Positions 40,052-48,747 of a stretch of DNA of 64,000 bases are shown here, piece after piece. The number at the start of each line of letters is the position of its first letter. Position 1 is the stretch's first letter. Position numbers and translations under genes: made by a program. Origin of the DNA: Deferrisomatales bacterium (GTDB lineage Bacteria; Desulfobacterota; Deferrisomatia; Deferrisomatales; JACRMM01); NCBI GenBank assembly GCA_033551855.1, contig JAWSUI010000013.1, positions 17,058-81,057 of the forward strand, written 5' to 3'. The notes below the pieces were generated by a model that was not told the origin of the DNA, did no database searches, and saw nothing but the letters and a program-made list of their open reading frames with translations.

Positions 40052-41251
40052 TCAAGTTCTATGTGGCTGGATCGAAGCCTCGACCGCATCAGACGGTGTA
40101 ATTGCTCGGTTTGGGCAAAGGCGAATGCATACTCCGCAATTCAAGCATCGCTTCGTATCTATCGAAATGCCCTCGGGAGATTCTGACAATGCCAGGCAAA
40201 TCCCAGGCATCAAACAGAGCCCACATCTAGTGCATTTCTCGTCGATTACAGATAAATCAACGCGTCTGCGCACAATACTTTCAGCTGGAACCACGTATTG
40301 CAGGGCGGCGCCGACAAAATCTGCAGGGGATCCATACCCCGCCTCCTTCATAAATGTGGAGATGCCTTCGTTGATTTTGTCCAGGACCGAGAATCCTCGA
40401 ACTAGTATGGAAGAACAAATTTGGACTGCAGATGCCCCCCACATCATCATCTGCACTGCCTCTTCCCAACTCGAGATGCCGCCGCAACCCAGAACTGGGA
40501 TCGAAACCGCACGGGAAACGTCCGCGACGGCACGGCACGCAATCGGGAACAGGGGGGAACCGGTCAGAGTGCCGAAGCTGTGACCGCTTGAGGTCAAATA
40601 GGTCGGCCTTCCACCCTTACGGATGTCGATCTCCGGCGCCGCCGGGAATCCATTGATCACCACAACGGCGTCAGCCCCGGAGAGCTCGCACATACGCGCC
40701 ACCTCTGCGATATCCGCCACCTGCGCGGTCAGCTTGCACAGCACCGGCACGTTTACAGCAGACTTCACTGCACGGGTAACTCTTCCCGAGTCCACAGGCG
40801 ACTGGGCCACAGACCTAGCCGAGGACCGCCCCGGCAGGTTGGGGCATGAGAGATCCAACTCGACGGCTTGGGCTCCTGCTTCTTGCAGCCCCACGGCACC
40901 GCGTTGCCAGGCCATCTCATCGGCGGCGGGAGCGAGAAGGTTGGCGATGATCGTCAGGTCGGTCTCGCGCCGAGCCCGTCGCACGAGCGCGCGTGCTTCA
41001 TCGAGCGAGAGCCTCCTGTCGCCTGCGGAGACGATACCGCCTGTCCCTGGGCGTACGATCACATCGGGGTGGGACTGGCGACTCTCACCGACCATGGCCA
41101 TCTTGGTGCTGACTCCCCCTGCCCCCGCCGCTGCGGCCTTCCCGATTCGGATCATGTCACCAGTCAACACACTGGACGCGACGATACACGGGCTTGCCAG
41201 GGTCAATCCGGCGAAGTGCACTTCCAGGGGGCTGCGGCAACGCTCCTCCAT
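40052..41251 (-). CDS. Dihydropyrimidine dehydrogenase PreA-like FMN/Fe-S oxidoreductase
   Basis: DHOD-fold motifs GGVSTK, ELDLSCPN, KLT, GCGGI; C-terminal CTRCGLC and CLNCGVCIRLCP. Confidence 0.8.
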   Translation of the reverse strand: MEERCRSPLEVHFAGLTLASPCIVASSVLTGDMIRIGKAAAAGAGGVSTKMAMVGESRQSHPDVIVRPGTGGIVSAGDRRLSLDEARALVRRARRETDLTIIANLLAPAADEMAWQRGAVGLQEAGAQAVELDLSCPNLPGRSSARSVAQSPVDSGRVTRAVKSAVNVPVLCKLTAQVADIAEVARMCELSGADAVVVINGFPAAPEIDIRKGGRPTYLTSSGHSFGTLTGSPLFPIACRAVADVSRAVSIPVLGCGGISSWEEAVQMMMWGASAVQICSSILVRGFSVLDKINEGISTFMKEAGYGSPADFVGAALQYVVPAESIVRRRVDLSVIDEKCTRCGLCLMPGICLALSESPEGISIDTKRCLNCGVCIRLCPNRAITPSDAVEASIQPHRT

Positions 41252-41269
41252 GTCTACTCCCGGACTGCG

Positions 41270-42079
41270 TTAGCCCTCGCTTCCCATACGAACGAGCCGA
41301 CTCATCCCCAAGGGCACCTCGGGCGGCGGTGCGAGAGTGCGCAAGAGCGTGCAGTCGCAACCTCTTGCGCCCAAGTCTCCTTCCAGATAGGAAATCCCAA
41401 GCTGCCACAGCGCCAGCCAAATGCTGCAGATGTTGCTGGAAAGAACTGGTTTCTTCAACTTCTCTTCGAGATAGCGAATCACGCCAATCGTCCGCAGGTT
41501 GGTGCAGCTAATAAATAGACAATCGGAATCCCTCGTGTCCACAGACAAGGCAAACCTATACACTTCTTCATCGCTTAATCTTCCGATCATGCTGTTTGTG
41601 AACTCGCTATCGGCGGTATCTTCGTAATATCCTCGGACATTCGATACGTGAAAACCAAAATCCCGCAGGGCTATAGATTCTATCTCATTTATTTTCCTCG
41701 TATACGGCGTCGCCAGAGCCAAAGTCCTGACTCCCAGGACACGGAACGCCTCGACCACTGCCGTCGTGGTTGTGATCGCTGGAACCCCTGCCGTGGCCGC
41801 GATCGCGGCGCAGATCCCTTCGTCGTATCCCCTGCCCTCGACCATGCTGCCGACCGTGCAGCCGAACACGATCAGGTCCGATAGCCCTTCCGCGGAAAGG
41901 TCCACAGAGGCCCTCCTGACGTGCTTCTTGAGGTCTCGGAGCCCCCGCTCGTCCGGCGTAAACGCAATCCGGGTCGCGTACGCTTCGACCCCATTCGGAC
42001 ACAGGGCCCTCACCTCCGGCTCGAAGGTCGTGTTGCTCGACGGGACGATCAATCCGATTCGGCCTCGCCACCCATACAT
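41270..42079 (-). CDS. Maleate isomerase / arylmalonate decarboxylase-like protein (Asp/Glu racemase superfamily)
   Basis: RIGLIVPSSNT, FGCTVGS, ATPY, ISCTNL (both cysteines present). Confidence 0.85.
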   Translation of the reverse strand: MYGWRGRIGLIVPSSNTTFEPEVRALCPNGVEAYATRIAFTPDERGLRDLKKHVRRASVDLSAEGLSDLIVFGCTVGSMVEGRGYDEGICAAIAATAGVPAITTTTAVVEAFRVLGVRTLALATPYTRKINEIESIALRDFGFHVSNVRGYYEDTADSEFTNSMIGRLSDEEVYRFALSVDTRDSDCLFISCTNLRTIGVIRYLEEKLKKPVLSSNICSIWLALWQLGISYLEGDLGARGCDCTLLRTLAPPPEVPLGMSRLVRMGSEG

Positions 42080-42268
42080 CGATTCCCTCTCCGGGGCACT
42101 TCCCCCAATGCGGTTCTCGTCTTCCCCCGCAACCCTTTTTCACTCCCCGACATCACCCTGTGAGTAGACTCGTTACGTCACCGACGGTGTCCACCCGCCC
42201 CCGTCACCGGCTTCCTTGCGGGAGATGAACGGAGGTCATCGGCAACTTTGGGGCTCCCTCAGCGCGGG

Positions 42269-43063
42269 TCAGCCCAAGAACTCCATGATTGCTCGGGCGA
42301 ACGCCTCCGGCATCTGATCCACCATGGGAACCATGCCTCCTTCTAGTTCTCCCGTGACGCTGTTCCTGATGCTGAGGGCCAGGGGGACCATCCGGGGGTA
42401 CGAAAAGGGATCCTCGGTGCCGCACAGGACAAGCGTGGGGGCCCGAATCAGGGGGGTCCTTTCCTCCATCCTGTACTCGTTGACGGCACGATGTCCTTCC
42501 TCCACGCGGTCCCATACGGTGAGGGCATCCCTCACGAACCTGGTCAGGAGATCGGAACGGTCCTTCGGGTAGAACGCCCTCCGCCGCCGCCAGAGCTCGG
42601 TCAGGTGGCTGCCATCCGGTCGGGTCTCCACCTCATCGATGGGGGGTCTGGTCTTGCGTCGCTCTCGGTCCTCGGCATCCACCCACGGGGTCGATGAGAG
42701 GACGAGCTTGTCTACTCGCTCCGGGTGAGAAGCGGCGACCTCGATAGCGACGCACCCGCCGGTGTGATGCCCCACCAATGCCGCACGCCCAATGCCCAAG
42801 GCATCCAGGAGGCGGATCACTCCGCGGGCATACCCTGTTATGGAGACCGGCCCCGCAGGACGGTAGGAATCCCCGAAACCTACGGTATCCATGGCAATGG
42901 CCCGAAATCTTGCCCCCAGGATCGGGAGTACCTCCCGGTACTCGTCCCAGGAGCGCGGCGTCTGGTGCAGCAGCAGGACCGGAGGGCCACTTCCCGCTTC
43001 GGCGTAGTGAATCTGCCCCTCCGGGGTATCCGCAAAGCGTCTGCGAGCGCCAGGCGATTCCAC
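42269..43063 (-). CDS. Alpha/beta hydrolase-fold protein with non-canonical GHHTG elbow
   Basis: LLLHQTP, DTVGFGDS, LVGHHTGG, PTLVLCGTED. Confidence 0.85.
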   Translation of the reverse strand: MESPGARRRFADTPEGQIHYAEAGSGPPVLLLHQTPRSWDEYREVLPILGARFRAIAMDTVGFGDSYRPAGPVSITGYARGVIRLLDALGIGRAALVGHHTGGCVAIEVAASHPERVDKLVLSSTPWVDAEDRERRKTRPPIDEVETRPDGSHLTELWRRRRAFYPKDRSDLLTRFVRDALTVWDRVEEGHRAVNEYRMEERTPLIRAPTLVLCGTEDPFSYPRMVPLALSIRNSVTGELEGGMVPMVDQMPEAFARAIMEFLG

Positions 43064-43106
43064 GTCGTCACCTCCGGCGGAAGAGTCAGGGTATCGAGGA
43101 AATCCT

Positions 43107-44252
43107 TCACGGTCCGGCAGCCAAATCAACGGCCATCCGAACGGCTGCAGCCATGGACTCCGCGGGCTGTAGGTTGGGCAGGGGATTCTCGCGAAGGATG
43201 GCACGCCCCTCCTCCCCATTCCTCCCCTGAAGGCAGGCCACCACCGGAACACGGAGCGCCCCCTCCTCCCCAAGCGCTGAAACCACTGCCAGGATCTTCT
43301 CGGCAATCACGTCGCAGCGAACCCCTCCCCCGAAGATATTCACGAGGATCACCCTGATCCTCGGATCCTCCAGAATGAGCCGCAAGCCATCCGCCACTCC
43401 GTTCTCAACGATGCGCGCCCCGCAGTCCAGAAAGTTCCCCGGCCGGGCCCCGGCTAGGGCCAGTTGGTCCATCGTAGCCATGGTCAGTCCTGCCCCGTTG
43501 GACAGGATGCCAACTTCCCCTTCGAGCTCCACGAAGGCGAGACCATACTTTTTCGCCCGGTCCTCGCGCCCCGTTCCCTCGTTTCGCGGCAACTCGGGGT
43601 GTCGGAAGAGCGCCGATGAGTCCGTGGAGAGTTTTCCATCTGCTGCAATCAACCTCCCGTCATGGAGCAGAACCAAGGGGTTTATCTCGGCGACCTCCGC
43701 ATCGACAAACCAGAACAGATCATAGAGCCGGTGTGCGATGGAGATGACGCCCTCGCGCCACGCGCCGGCTACCCCGGCATCGGCTAAGGCCGATCGCATG
43801 CGGTGGGTCCAGAAACCATAGCGAGGATCCAGTGGGATTCTAACCAGCTCCTCGGGGTGCGCGCCGACAAGTTGCTCGATGTCCATGCCGCCGCGTCTGC
43901 AGAAGAGGATCACCGGGCTTCTGGCATCCGGATCCGCGACGACCGACAAATAGTGCTCGGAGGCGATCTCAAGTCTTTCCTCGACCAGGACCCCCTTCGA
44001 CTCTTCGCCTCGAATCCGACGTACCAGGAGCTCCTCGGCGACCTGCCGCGCCTCTTCCGGCGTCGATGCGAACCCAACTCCGCCGGCCTTGCCGCGACCG
44101 CCCGAGAGCACCTGGGTCTTCACGACGCACGGCCGCTTAAGCCTGGCCGCTTCCTGTGTCGCTTCCTCTGCCGAGACGCAAAATCGCCCTTCCGGCACTG
44201 GAACATGGAACCGGCGGAAGAGGTCCTTGGCTTGGTGCTCGTACAGCTTCAT
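43107..44252 (-). CDS. sucC: Succinate--CoA ligase beta subunit-like (paralog)
   Basis: MKLYEHQAK, GGRGKAGG, EINPL, NGAGL, NIFGG. Confidence 0.85.
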   Translation of the reverse strand: MKLYEHQAKDLFRRFHVPVPEGRFCVSAEEATQEAARLKRPCVVKTQVLSGGRGKAGGVGFASTPEEARQVAEELLVRRIRGEESKGVLVEERLEIASEHYLSVVADPDARSPVILFCRRGGMDIEQLVGAHPEELVRIPLDPRYGFWTHRMRSALADAGVAGAWREGVISIAHRLYDLFWFVDAEVAEINPLVLLHDGRLIAADGKLSTDSSALFRHPELPRNEGTGREDRAKKYGLAFVELEGEVGILSNGAGLTMATMDQLALAGARPGNFLDCGARIVENGVADGLRLILEDPRIRVILVNIFGGGVRCDVIAEKILAVVSALGEEGALRVPVVACLQGRNGEEGRAILRENPLPNLQPAESMAAAVRMAVDLAAGP

Positions 44253-44431
44253 CTTCCGTCTCCTGTGGACTCTTCCGACCTTTGCGGCACCCTGCCGTTC
44301 TTTCCCCGGCGAGGCGGAAGAGCAAACGAATCCTCGCGATTCGCCGTCAGGGAAGACCTGCCGAGCCGATTTCTCGTCAGGGAAGTGTCCAGCGGGCGCT
44401 GCTCACCAGTCTCGCCGTAATCTCTGTCGGC

Positions 44432-45901
44432 TCAGCATGGAGCTGCCGTCTCAGCCCCCAGCCTGGTGCCATCGTCCTGAATTTGAGGCTCATGCAGTGA
44501 ACCCGCCTTTTCAAATCGCGCCCTGAGCAACGGTCGGTGACTCGGGTGTGCACACCCTTCGATGATCCTTACGGCCCTCTCTCTCGGGTCCGTGCCCCTA
44601 AGATCCGCCCATCCCTGCTCCGTCACGAGCACGTCCACCTCGTGTTCCGTGTGGTCACAGTGGCAGACTCGCGCGGTCACGGCGGATACGGCTCCTGCTC
44701 TTGCCGTTGAAGGAGTGGCGAAGACAGAAACCAGAGCATTTCGAGCGTACTCTATGGACCCTCCGACGCCGCTTACCAGTTTCCCGCCTTCCAGATGACT
44801 GGAGTTTGCGTGGCCGTAAACATCCACCTCTATGGCCGAGTTGATCCCAATGCAGCCCAAGCGGCCGATCACCTCGGGGCTTGCCACCACGTCTACCGGT
44901 CTGATGATGAGCCGCTCTCGAATGGCCTCTAGATGTCGAGGCAACCTCTCCAACACAGCCGCAGAGAGAAACAGGCCCGAGCCGGACACGGCTTCGATCC
45001 TGCCCGCTTCGAGCAGTTGCAGAGCTGCGTCGCCCAGAAGGGGCGAATGGAGCGAAATCGGCCCCCAGGGACCCTCGGTCATGGCCTCGACGACGGCATC
45101 TCCGAGCGCCCCCAGCCCCACCTGAAGGGGCGGCAGGGGCTTCGGCAGTCGGCCCTGATGCCACTCACCCTCGAGGAAGAGGCGAAGATTTCTCGCAATC
45201 GTCTCTTGCACCTCCCCGATGGGAGCGGGGGCAATCGGGTCCGGGGCCTCGTCGCTCTCCACGACGGCGACGATCTTTTCGGGATCGACGGGGATTCGGG
45301 GGACACCGACCCGGTCCAGCGGTTTCAATATCGGAATGGGCTTGGTCCGAGGGGGTGGGTCCAATACGAGGACGTCGTGGATTCCCTCCAATCCCAGGGG
45401 AAGCCAGTGGTTGACTTCCACCACCACGCGGTCCGCGAGGGCCACCATGGTGGGTGCGTCGCCCAGGCACAGGCTGGGAATCAGGGTCCCGTCCTCAGCG
45501 ATCCCCGCGACCTCAACGACGGCCACGTCGGGCCGGCCGAAGGCCCCGCTTCGCGCCTTTCGGCAGAATGCGCTGACTCCCCAGTCTGCGTAGGAGACCT
45601 GCCCTTGGTTGATGGCCTGGGTGAGATCCGGGTTCGCCTGCATTCCCAACCTGCGGCGAAGTGCTCGGGCGCGTGCCAGGGCGCCGTCGACCGGATCACC
45701 CAGGGGAGCGATGGACCAGAGACACAATTCCCCCACGACACCAGCCTCTGCCCGTTCGGTCAGGGCCCGGAAGAAGGCTCGAGGATACCCTCCAGTGGTC
45801 GTCCCGGTGGTTGCCACCGTCCACCCGGATTGAACGAGGGCGGCGGCGTCTTCCGGGCTGCGCCGAACGCGTTCCAGTGCAGGGCATAGAATCCGGCTCA
45901 T
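44432..45901 (-). CDS. Acetyl-CoA hydrolase / class I CoA-transferase homolog lacking the catalytic Glu
   Basis: PLQVGLG, EVDVYGHANSSH, GVGGS, VTEQGWADLRG, CAHP (AarC/Ach1-like). Confidence 0.85.
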   Translation of the reverse strand: MSRILCPALERVRRSPEDAAALVQSGWTVATTGTTTGGYPRAFFRALTERAEAGVVGELCLWSIAPLGDPVDGALARARALRRRLGMQANPDLTQAINQGQVSYADWGVSAFCRKARSGAFGRPDVAVVEVAGIAEDGTLIPSLCLGDAPTMVALADRVVVEVNHWLPLGLEGIHDVLVLDPPPRTKPIPILKPLDRVGVPRIPVDPEKIVAVVESDEAPDPIAPAPIGEVQETIARNLRLFLEGEWHQGRLPKPLPPLQVGLGALGDAVVEAMTEGPWGPISLHSPLLGDAALQLLEAGRIEAVSGSGLFLSAAVLERLPRHLEAIRERLIIRPVDVVASPEVIGRLGCIGINSAIEVDVYGHANSSHLEGGKLVSGVGGSIEYARNALVSVFATPSTARAGAVSAVTARVCHCDHTEHEVDVLVTEQGWADLRGTDPRERAVRIIEGCAHPSHRPLLRARFEKAGSLHEPQIQDDGTRLGAETAAPC

Positions 45902-46776
45902 GGCTTACGGCCCAGAGCCTCGCCGACCCGCAGCGCCACTTCTTCAGGGGTCCGGGCCACCGGGACCCCGGCTCCCTGGAGTGCCTGCTCCTTGGAAGCA
46001 TAGGAGCCGCGTCCGCCTGAGATGATCGCCCCGGCGTGGCCCATTGCCTTCCCCTCGGGGGCGGTGCGACCCGCGATGATGGCGACCACTGGCTTGCTCA
46101 CGTGAGCAGCGATGTACTCCGCCGCCTCTTCTTCGCAGCTGCGGCCAATCTCACCCACCAGCACGATGGCCTCTGTCTGCGGGTCGGCCTCGAAGCGCTC
46201 CAGCATGTCCACGAAACCCACGCCGGTGATAGGGTCCCCTCCGATTCCGACGCACGTCGTTTGCCCGAGACCGGCCAGGGTGAGGGCGTGGGCCACCGCG
46301 TAACTGAATGTGCCGCTCCGGGAGACAAGGCCGACGGGCCCTGGCATGTAGATCGAACCCGGCAGGAAGCCGATCGAGCAACCGTCGGTAGAGAGAAGGC
46401 CCGGGCTGTTGGGACCGATGACCGTGGCTCCGCAATCCCGGATCAGAGGCATGAGGAGCATCATGTCGCGGACCGGAACCCCTTCCACCACGGCCGCCAC
46501 GAGAGGGATTCCTGCCTCCAAGTCCTCGGCGATCGCCTGGGCCGTGTAAGGACCGGGAACGAAGGTGATCGCGGCGTCGGCACCCCCGTGGCGAACCGCC
46601 TCGGCTACCGTGTCGTAGACGGGGACGCCATTTACGGTGCTCCCACCGCGCCCCGGCGTGACGCCGGCGACGATGCGGGTGCCATATTCGAGCATCCTGG
46701 CGGTGTGGTAGCGGCCGAAGGTACCTGTGATGCCTTGGGCGACGACGCGGGTGTTTCGGTTGACGAGGATGCTCAA
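45898..46776 (-). CDS. sucD: Succinate--CoA ligase alpha subunit-like (paralog)
   Basis: QGITG, GPNSPG, SRSGT, GIGGD, MGHAGA with phospho-His. Confidence 0.9.
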   Translation of the reverse strand: MSILVNRNTRVVAQGITGTFGRYHTARMLEYGTRIVAGVTPGRGGSTVNGVPVYDTVAEAVRHGGADAAITFVPGPYTAQAIAEDLEAGIPLVAAVVEGVPVRDMMLLMPLIRDCGATVIGPNSPGLLSTDGCSIGFLPGSIYMPGPVGLVSRSGTFSYAVAHALTLAGLGQTTCVGIGGDPITGVGFVDMLERFEADPQTEAIVLVGEIGRSCEEEAAEYIAAHVSKPVVAIIAGRTAPEGKAMGHAGAIISGGRGSYASKEQALQGAGVPVARTPEEVALRVGEALGRKP

Positions 46777-46857
46777 GACGTGTCCTTCCTGGGCGCATTC
46801 CCCAGCCTTCGCGTCCAGAGGCGTACCTGCGCGATGCGACGCTCGGGAGCCGCGACC

Positions 46858-48591
46858 CTACTTTTCGCGCCTCCCCCTGGCTTCGCTTCGCAATTGTTGG
46901 GTTTCCCGCTCATCCACGGCATGGTCCTCGTCCAGAGCGACCCCATAGTCTCGACGTGCGATCTCGACACTAACCTTACCGTTCACCACGTCCCAGCGAA
47001 CCCGCTCCGGGTCTCGATCGAGAGGGTCCCCGTATCCGCCGCTTCCGGGCAATCGAATGCTGAGGACGTCGCCGGCTTGAATCCGGCTCACGCCCTTCGA
47101 TTTCTGCCTCTGTTCTCCCGGGGTCCCCGGATTCAGGGTGAGCGCTCCCATGGTTCCTTCCCTGCCGCCAAAGAGCCCCTGAGGCGCGAACTTCTGACGA
47201 TCCGAATAGCGCGCCCATGTGACGTCCGTGTGAAAACGGATGTCTCTGCGAAGGGAGAGTCCGCCACGCCACTTTCCTGGCCCCCCGGAATTGGGAATGA
47301 ACTCGTACCGTTCCACCGTGACGGGGTACTCCAGCTCGACGGCTTCCACGGGCGTGTTCATGAAGCGTCCCAGGTGCAGATCCTGGCCATCGGGTCCGTC
47401 CTTGTCGGGTCGGGCTCCCGCGCCGCCACCTTGGATTTCCACGTAGCTAAAGCCTCGGTTCGTCTCGGGGTGAATCCCCGTGAAGCTGCACGTGCAGGCC
47501 TGCCCGTGACTTCCCGCCACCACCCGGGTGGGGACGACCGCGCTCATGGCCTTGAGCATCGCCTCGGTGATCTTGGTCATCGTCTGGCTTCGGGCGGTCA
47601 CGGCTGCGGGGGGGCGGGGATTGGTGAGGAGCCCCTCCTCGCTCTGGACCCTCAGGGGCCGAAACGTACCGGAATTGACCACCATGTATGGGTCCACGAT
47701 GCCAATCATGGGGTAGTACACCCCAGCCTTCGTGCAGGACCAGGGACAGTTGATGTTTCCCTGGGCTTGGGCACTGGTGCCCTCGAAATCGATGTTGATC
47801 TCGTCTCCGCGGATGTGAACGTTGACCTGCACCCTGAACGGATCGTCCGAAAAGCCGTCATCATCGATAAAGTCGATACCGGTGAAGTCGCCGTCCGGCA
47901 TCTCCCGAATGGCCCGGCGCATCAACTCCTCTCCATAATCGAGGAGCATGGTCGTGCACTCCAGAAAGGTTTCGGGTCCGTACTTGGACACCAGGGCCTG
48001 GACTCGCTTCACCCCTCCAAATGTCGTCGAAGCCTGCGCCCGGAAGTCCTCCAGGGTCTTCTCGGGGACGCGGATATTTCGCCCGATGAACTCGAAGATC
48101 TGGCGGTCCTCCTGGCCGCGGCGATAGAGCTTGATGAGAGGAACCCGTAGCCCCTCTTGGTAGATCTCTGTGAGCCCCCCCGCCACGCCGCCCGGGACCG
48201 CTCCGCCCACGTCCAACTGGTGGGCAATGTTTGCCACAAACCCGATTCGCTCCCCTTCGAAGAAGACCGGGGCTAAGAACTGCATATCCAGAAGGTGCTG
48301 GCCTCCGAGATAAGGATCGTTGCTGACGATGACGTCGCCCTCCTCGAGATCCTGCACATGGGTGAGCAGGTGCGCCGCGGTCTCCGGGAGGCTGAAGAGC
48401 ATCAACGGGCAAAGATGTGCCTGTGCCAGGATTCCCCCGGAAGCGTCGAGCACGGCGCAGTTGATGTCCATGATCTCCTTGACGATCGTCGTCCTCCCCA
48501 TGCGCATGAGGTTGTAGCCCATGTCATCGGCAATGGCTTCTAGCCCGTAGCGAATCACCTGCATGGTCACGGGATCGGCTGTGAATGCCAT
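46858..48591 (-). CDS. Hydantoinase B / oxoprolinase family subunit
   Basis: NDPYLGGQHLLD, AHQLDVGG, EIYQEG, NTPVE..E..YP, GSGGYGDP. Confidence 0.9.
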   Translation of the reverse strand: MAFTADPVTMQVIRYGLEAIADDMGYNLMRMGRTTIVKEIMDINCAVLDASGGILAQAHLCPLMLFSLPETAAHLLTHVQDLEEGDVIVSNDPYLGGQHLLDMQFLAPVFFEGERIGFVANIAHQLDVGGAVPGGVAGGLTEIYQEGLRVPLIKLYRRGQEDRQIFEFIGRNIRVPEKTLEDFRAQASTTFGGVKRVQALVSKYGPETFLECTTMLLDYGEELMRRAIREMPDGDFTGIDFIDDDGFSDDPFRVQVNVHIRGDEINIDFEGTSAQAQGNINCPWSCTKAGVYYPMIGIVDPYMVVNSGTFRPLRVQSEEGLLTNPRPPAAVTARSQTMTKITEAMLKAMSAVVPTRVVAGSHGQACTCSFTGIHPETNRGFSYVEIQGGGAGARPDKDGPDGQDLHLGRFMNTPVEAVELEYPVTVERYEFIPNSGGPGKWRGGLSLRRDIRFHTDVTWARYSDRQKFAPQGLFGGREGTMGALTLNPGTPGEQRQKSKGVSRIQAGDVLSIRLPGSGGYGDPLDRDPERVRWDVVNGKVSVEIARRDYGVALDEDHAVDERETQQLRSEARGRREK

Positions 48592-48747
48592 GGGTCCTCT
48601 CGAATGACAACGGGTATAAAAAGGCGAAACAGTCGGCTCGTGCCCTCGTTTGTTGCTCCACCCCTTGAAGGCCAACGACAAGACATCTTGCCTCTTCCCG
48701 TGCGGGTCTACACTGCTCGCCGAGAACGGGGGGAGGTTCCTCCGGCA

